Shown in pieces: positions 62,052 to 64,000 of a stretch of DNA of 64,000 nt. The first letter of the stretch is position 1. Each line of letters starts with the position of its first letter. The DNA is from Calditrichota bacterium (GTDB lineage Bacteria > CLD3). The stretch lies in NCBI GenBank assembly GCA_008501735.1, contig QQUF01000040.1, positions 70,431 to 134,430 on the forward strand, given 5' to 3'. The notes below the pieces were generated by a model. That model saw only the letters and a list, made by a program, of their open reading frames with translations, did no database searches and was not told where the DNA came from. The position numbers were made by a program, and so were the translations under genes.

Positions 62052-63668
62052 ATGGGATTATTAAAATTTACATTTTGCTTTTTGGTAATTTTTTTTCAAA
62101 GTGCTTTCGCAGAAGAATCGTCAAAATTTAAAATTTTACAGACTCCTGAAAAAATTGCTCAAATTAGAATTTGGGGCGATTTTGAAGATGGAAAGTCCAA
62201 AAAAGATGAAAATGGGAAATGGCTTTCGGGAATAAGAATTATTACTCCGATTGACAACATTGTTGTTGATTCGAGAAGTGGAGTTTATGGCAGAGAAACA
62301 AAACCCGGTGAGGTTTTTGTTTACGTCTCACCTTATGAAACGGCTTTGACAATTTATGCAAGTGGGCACGAACCTTTAAAAATTATTCTTAGAGAACAAG
62401 GAATTAGGCTAAAAGAATCTGAGGCTTGGGAAATCAAATTGAAAACCAACTCCACCAAAAAAATATCCGATGAAAAGGGGAATTTCATTCTTGATTCCAA
62501 ACCGACAGGAGCAACAATCACGATTGACGGATTTCCAACTTTTAGCGAAAAAACTCCTTTTACTTTCAAAAATTGGATTGCACAACCTTACAAAATTAAA
62601 ATGGAACTTGAAGGCAATGAAGATTACCAAATTCTGGAAAGTGTAATTCTGATTGAAGGAAATCAAACTTTAGAAAACACTTACTCACTTGAGCCTGCAT
62701 TTGGCTTTGTGAAATTTAGTGCAGAAAATGGTGCAAAATTCATTCTTGACCAAGAGGAAGTCGGAACAACAACTTACTCAGGAAAAGTCGGAATCGGCGA
62801 GCACAGTTTGACAATTAAAAAAGAGTGGTACAGAACTTTAGACACTCTTTTTACAATTGAAGGCGGAGAAAATCTAGAAAGAGATTTCAAACTTGAACCA
62901 ACTTTTGGGAATATCGAAATTGTAACAAACGAAGGTGCAGAAATCTACCTTGACGGAGAATTAGTTGGAAAAGGAAGTTATTCAGGAAAAGTGAAAATTG
63001 GTGAGCATAATTTGAAAATCGGCTCAGGCAAAAAATTCAACTACCATTTGGAAACTTTTCAAATCTCAGCTTTAGAGAACAAAAGAATCAATCGTTTGGT
63101 TAATGCAAAAACAGGTAGGCTTTTGGCAAGTTCACTTCCGACAGAAGCAGAATTGTTTTTGAATGGAGAACTAAGAGGAAATACGATTAACGAAGAATTG
63201 ACAGTTGGAATTTACAACTTAAAATCCCAACTTTTTCCTCGTTACATCACTCAAGAACAAACTGTAACGATTGAAGAAGGCAAGACTTCAAAAGTAATTT
63301 TCAAACTTACTTCTCAAAGCAAATCTTTAACACAAAATTTTGACAAATGGAAATCAAGACGAAATATTTTTCTCTATTCTTCACTTGCATTTTTGGCTTC
63401 GGGAGTTTCGAGCCAATTCCTAAATAATTCGGCAGTTAACGACTACAAAACAGCAACTTCAACTTCTGCTGTGAATTCTTCAAAAGACAGTGCTGACAGG
63501 TGGAAAATGATTTCTCTCGGAACTTACGCTGTTGGCGGAGTCTTGAGCCTTGCAACAATTTATTCTTTCTTCAAAGAACAAAGTTATAAAAATGAGCTGA
63601 ATAGTTTTAGTCTGAATTTTGTTCCGTCGAATGATAAATTTGCTGTTGAGTTTAGAATTTGGAATTAA
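62052..63668 (+). CDS. PEGA-domain protein with C-terminal hydrophobic helices
   Basis: Signal peptide after ATG 62052; repeats 'S.P.GA.I.IDG', 'GAEIYLDG', 'GEH.L.I'. Confidence 0.85.
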   Translation: MGLLKFTFCFLVIFFQSAFAEESSKFKILQTPEKIAQIRIWGDFEDGKSKKDENGKWLSGIRIITPIDNIVVDSRSGVYGRETKPGEVFVYVSPYETALTIYASGHEPLKIILREQGIRLKESEAWEIKLKTNSTKKISDEKGNFILDSKPTGATITIDGFPTFSEKTPFTFKNWIAQPYKIKMELEGNEDYQILESVILIEGNQTLENTYSLEPAFGFVKFSAENGAKFILDQEEVGTTTYSGKVGIGEHSLTIKKEWYRTLDTLFTIEGGENLERDFKLEPTFGNIEIVTNEGAEIYLDGELVGKGSYSGKVKIGEHNLKIGSGKKFNYHLETFQISALENKRINRLVNAKTGRLLASSLPTEAELFLNGELRGNTINEELTVGIYNLKSQLFPRYITQEQTVTIEEGKTSKVIFKLTSQSKSLTQNFDKWKSRRNIFLYSSLAFLASGVSSQFLNNSAVNDYKTATSTSAVNSSKDSADRWKMISLGTYAVGGVLSLATIYSFFKEQSYKNELNSFSLNFVPSNDKFAVEFRIWN

Positions 63669-63713
63669 ATCGTTCTAAGCAGAAACATTTGAATGAGAGA
63701 AATTACTTTTCTC

Positions 63714-64000
63714 CTAATTTTTTGATTCAACAAAATTCTTTAACTTTATAAAATCTTTTTCTTGCCGTTTTTGCATTTCATTTTTCATTAAAGGAAGCAA
63801 AAGTTTCCAAAGAAGATTATTTCCTTTTGCTTGAACTCTACTCAAAACTTCCGTTTGCGTGGCAAGTCTTCTAAATCGAATTTTGTTTTCACTTGAAAAA
63901 GAATCGTGGTGCATTCTAAAGGAAAATTCTTCGTTTTCTTTAATTCCTGTTACTTCTTCAATGAAAAAAATCTCTTTTCCATCTTCTTCAAAAGTGATTC
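63714..64000 (-). CDS. 3' part of a gene running off the window, probably SRPBCC/START-like
   Basis: Frame is open to the window edge (ITFEEDGKEIFFIEEVT...); ends in an amphipathic helix 'DFIKLKNFVES'. Confidence 0.6.
   Translation of the reverse strand, partial: ITFEEDGKEIFFIEEVTGIKENEEFSFRMHHDSFSSENKIRFRRLATQTEVLSRVQAKGNNLLWKLLLPLMKNEMQKRQEKDFIKLKNFVESKN

Overview
Low-GC bacterial chromosomal window, probably from an FCB-group lineage. This is inferred from five secreted proteins with a 'xNYPNPFNP...GxYxY...KM..LK' FlgD/T9SS-type C-terminal domain and a short sigma-70 lacking region 1.1. About 55 CDS, mostly housekeeping or metabolic: tldE/tldD, nfnAB-type transhydrogenase, TRAP dctQM, pdp, ctpA, tmk, speD, accA, accC, rpoD-like, M24 peptidase and several GNATs. 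No rRNA, tRNA, CRISPR array, integrase or transposase was seen. Best candidates for undescribed systems: (1) a stand-alone Schlafen/AlbA_2-STAND NTPase-TPR (NLR/Avs-like) protein at 136-2406; (2) an ABC-type ATPase plus TOPRIM/DUF4276-like gene pair wedged between tldE and tldD; (3) two unannotated RBS-bearing small ORFs upstream of an ABC exporter + DUF1854 pair; (4) a Fur-box-preceded porin / flavinylated FMN-binding protein / His-containing membrane protein operon; (5) a sigma54-like promoter with three 20-bp upstream repeats driving an outer-membrane operon; (6) two unannotated single-TM microproteins inside a hybrid kinase-Hpt-LytTR phosphorelay locus. The window also carries a family of 28-bp GTAG...CTAC REP-like palindromes, a ~300-bp nested palindromic element and an MNT-HEPN toxin-antitoxin pair. 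All family calls come from motif reading by eye; no searches were run.
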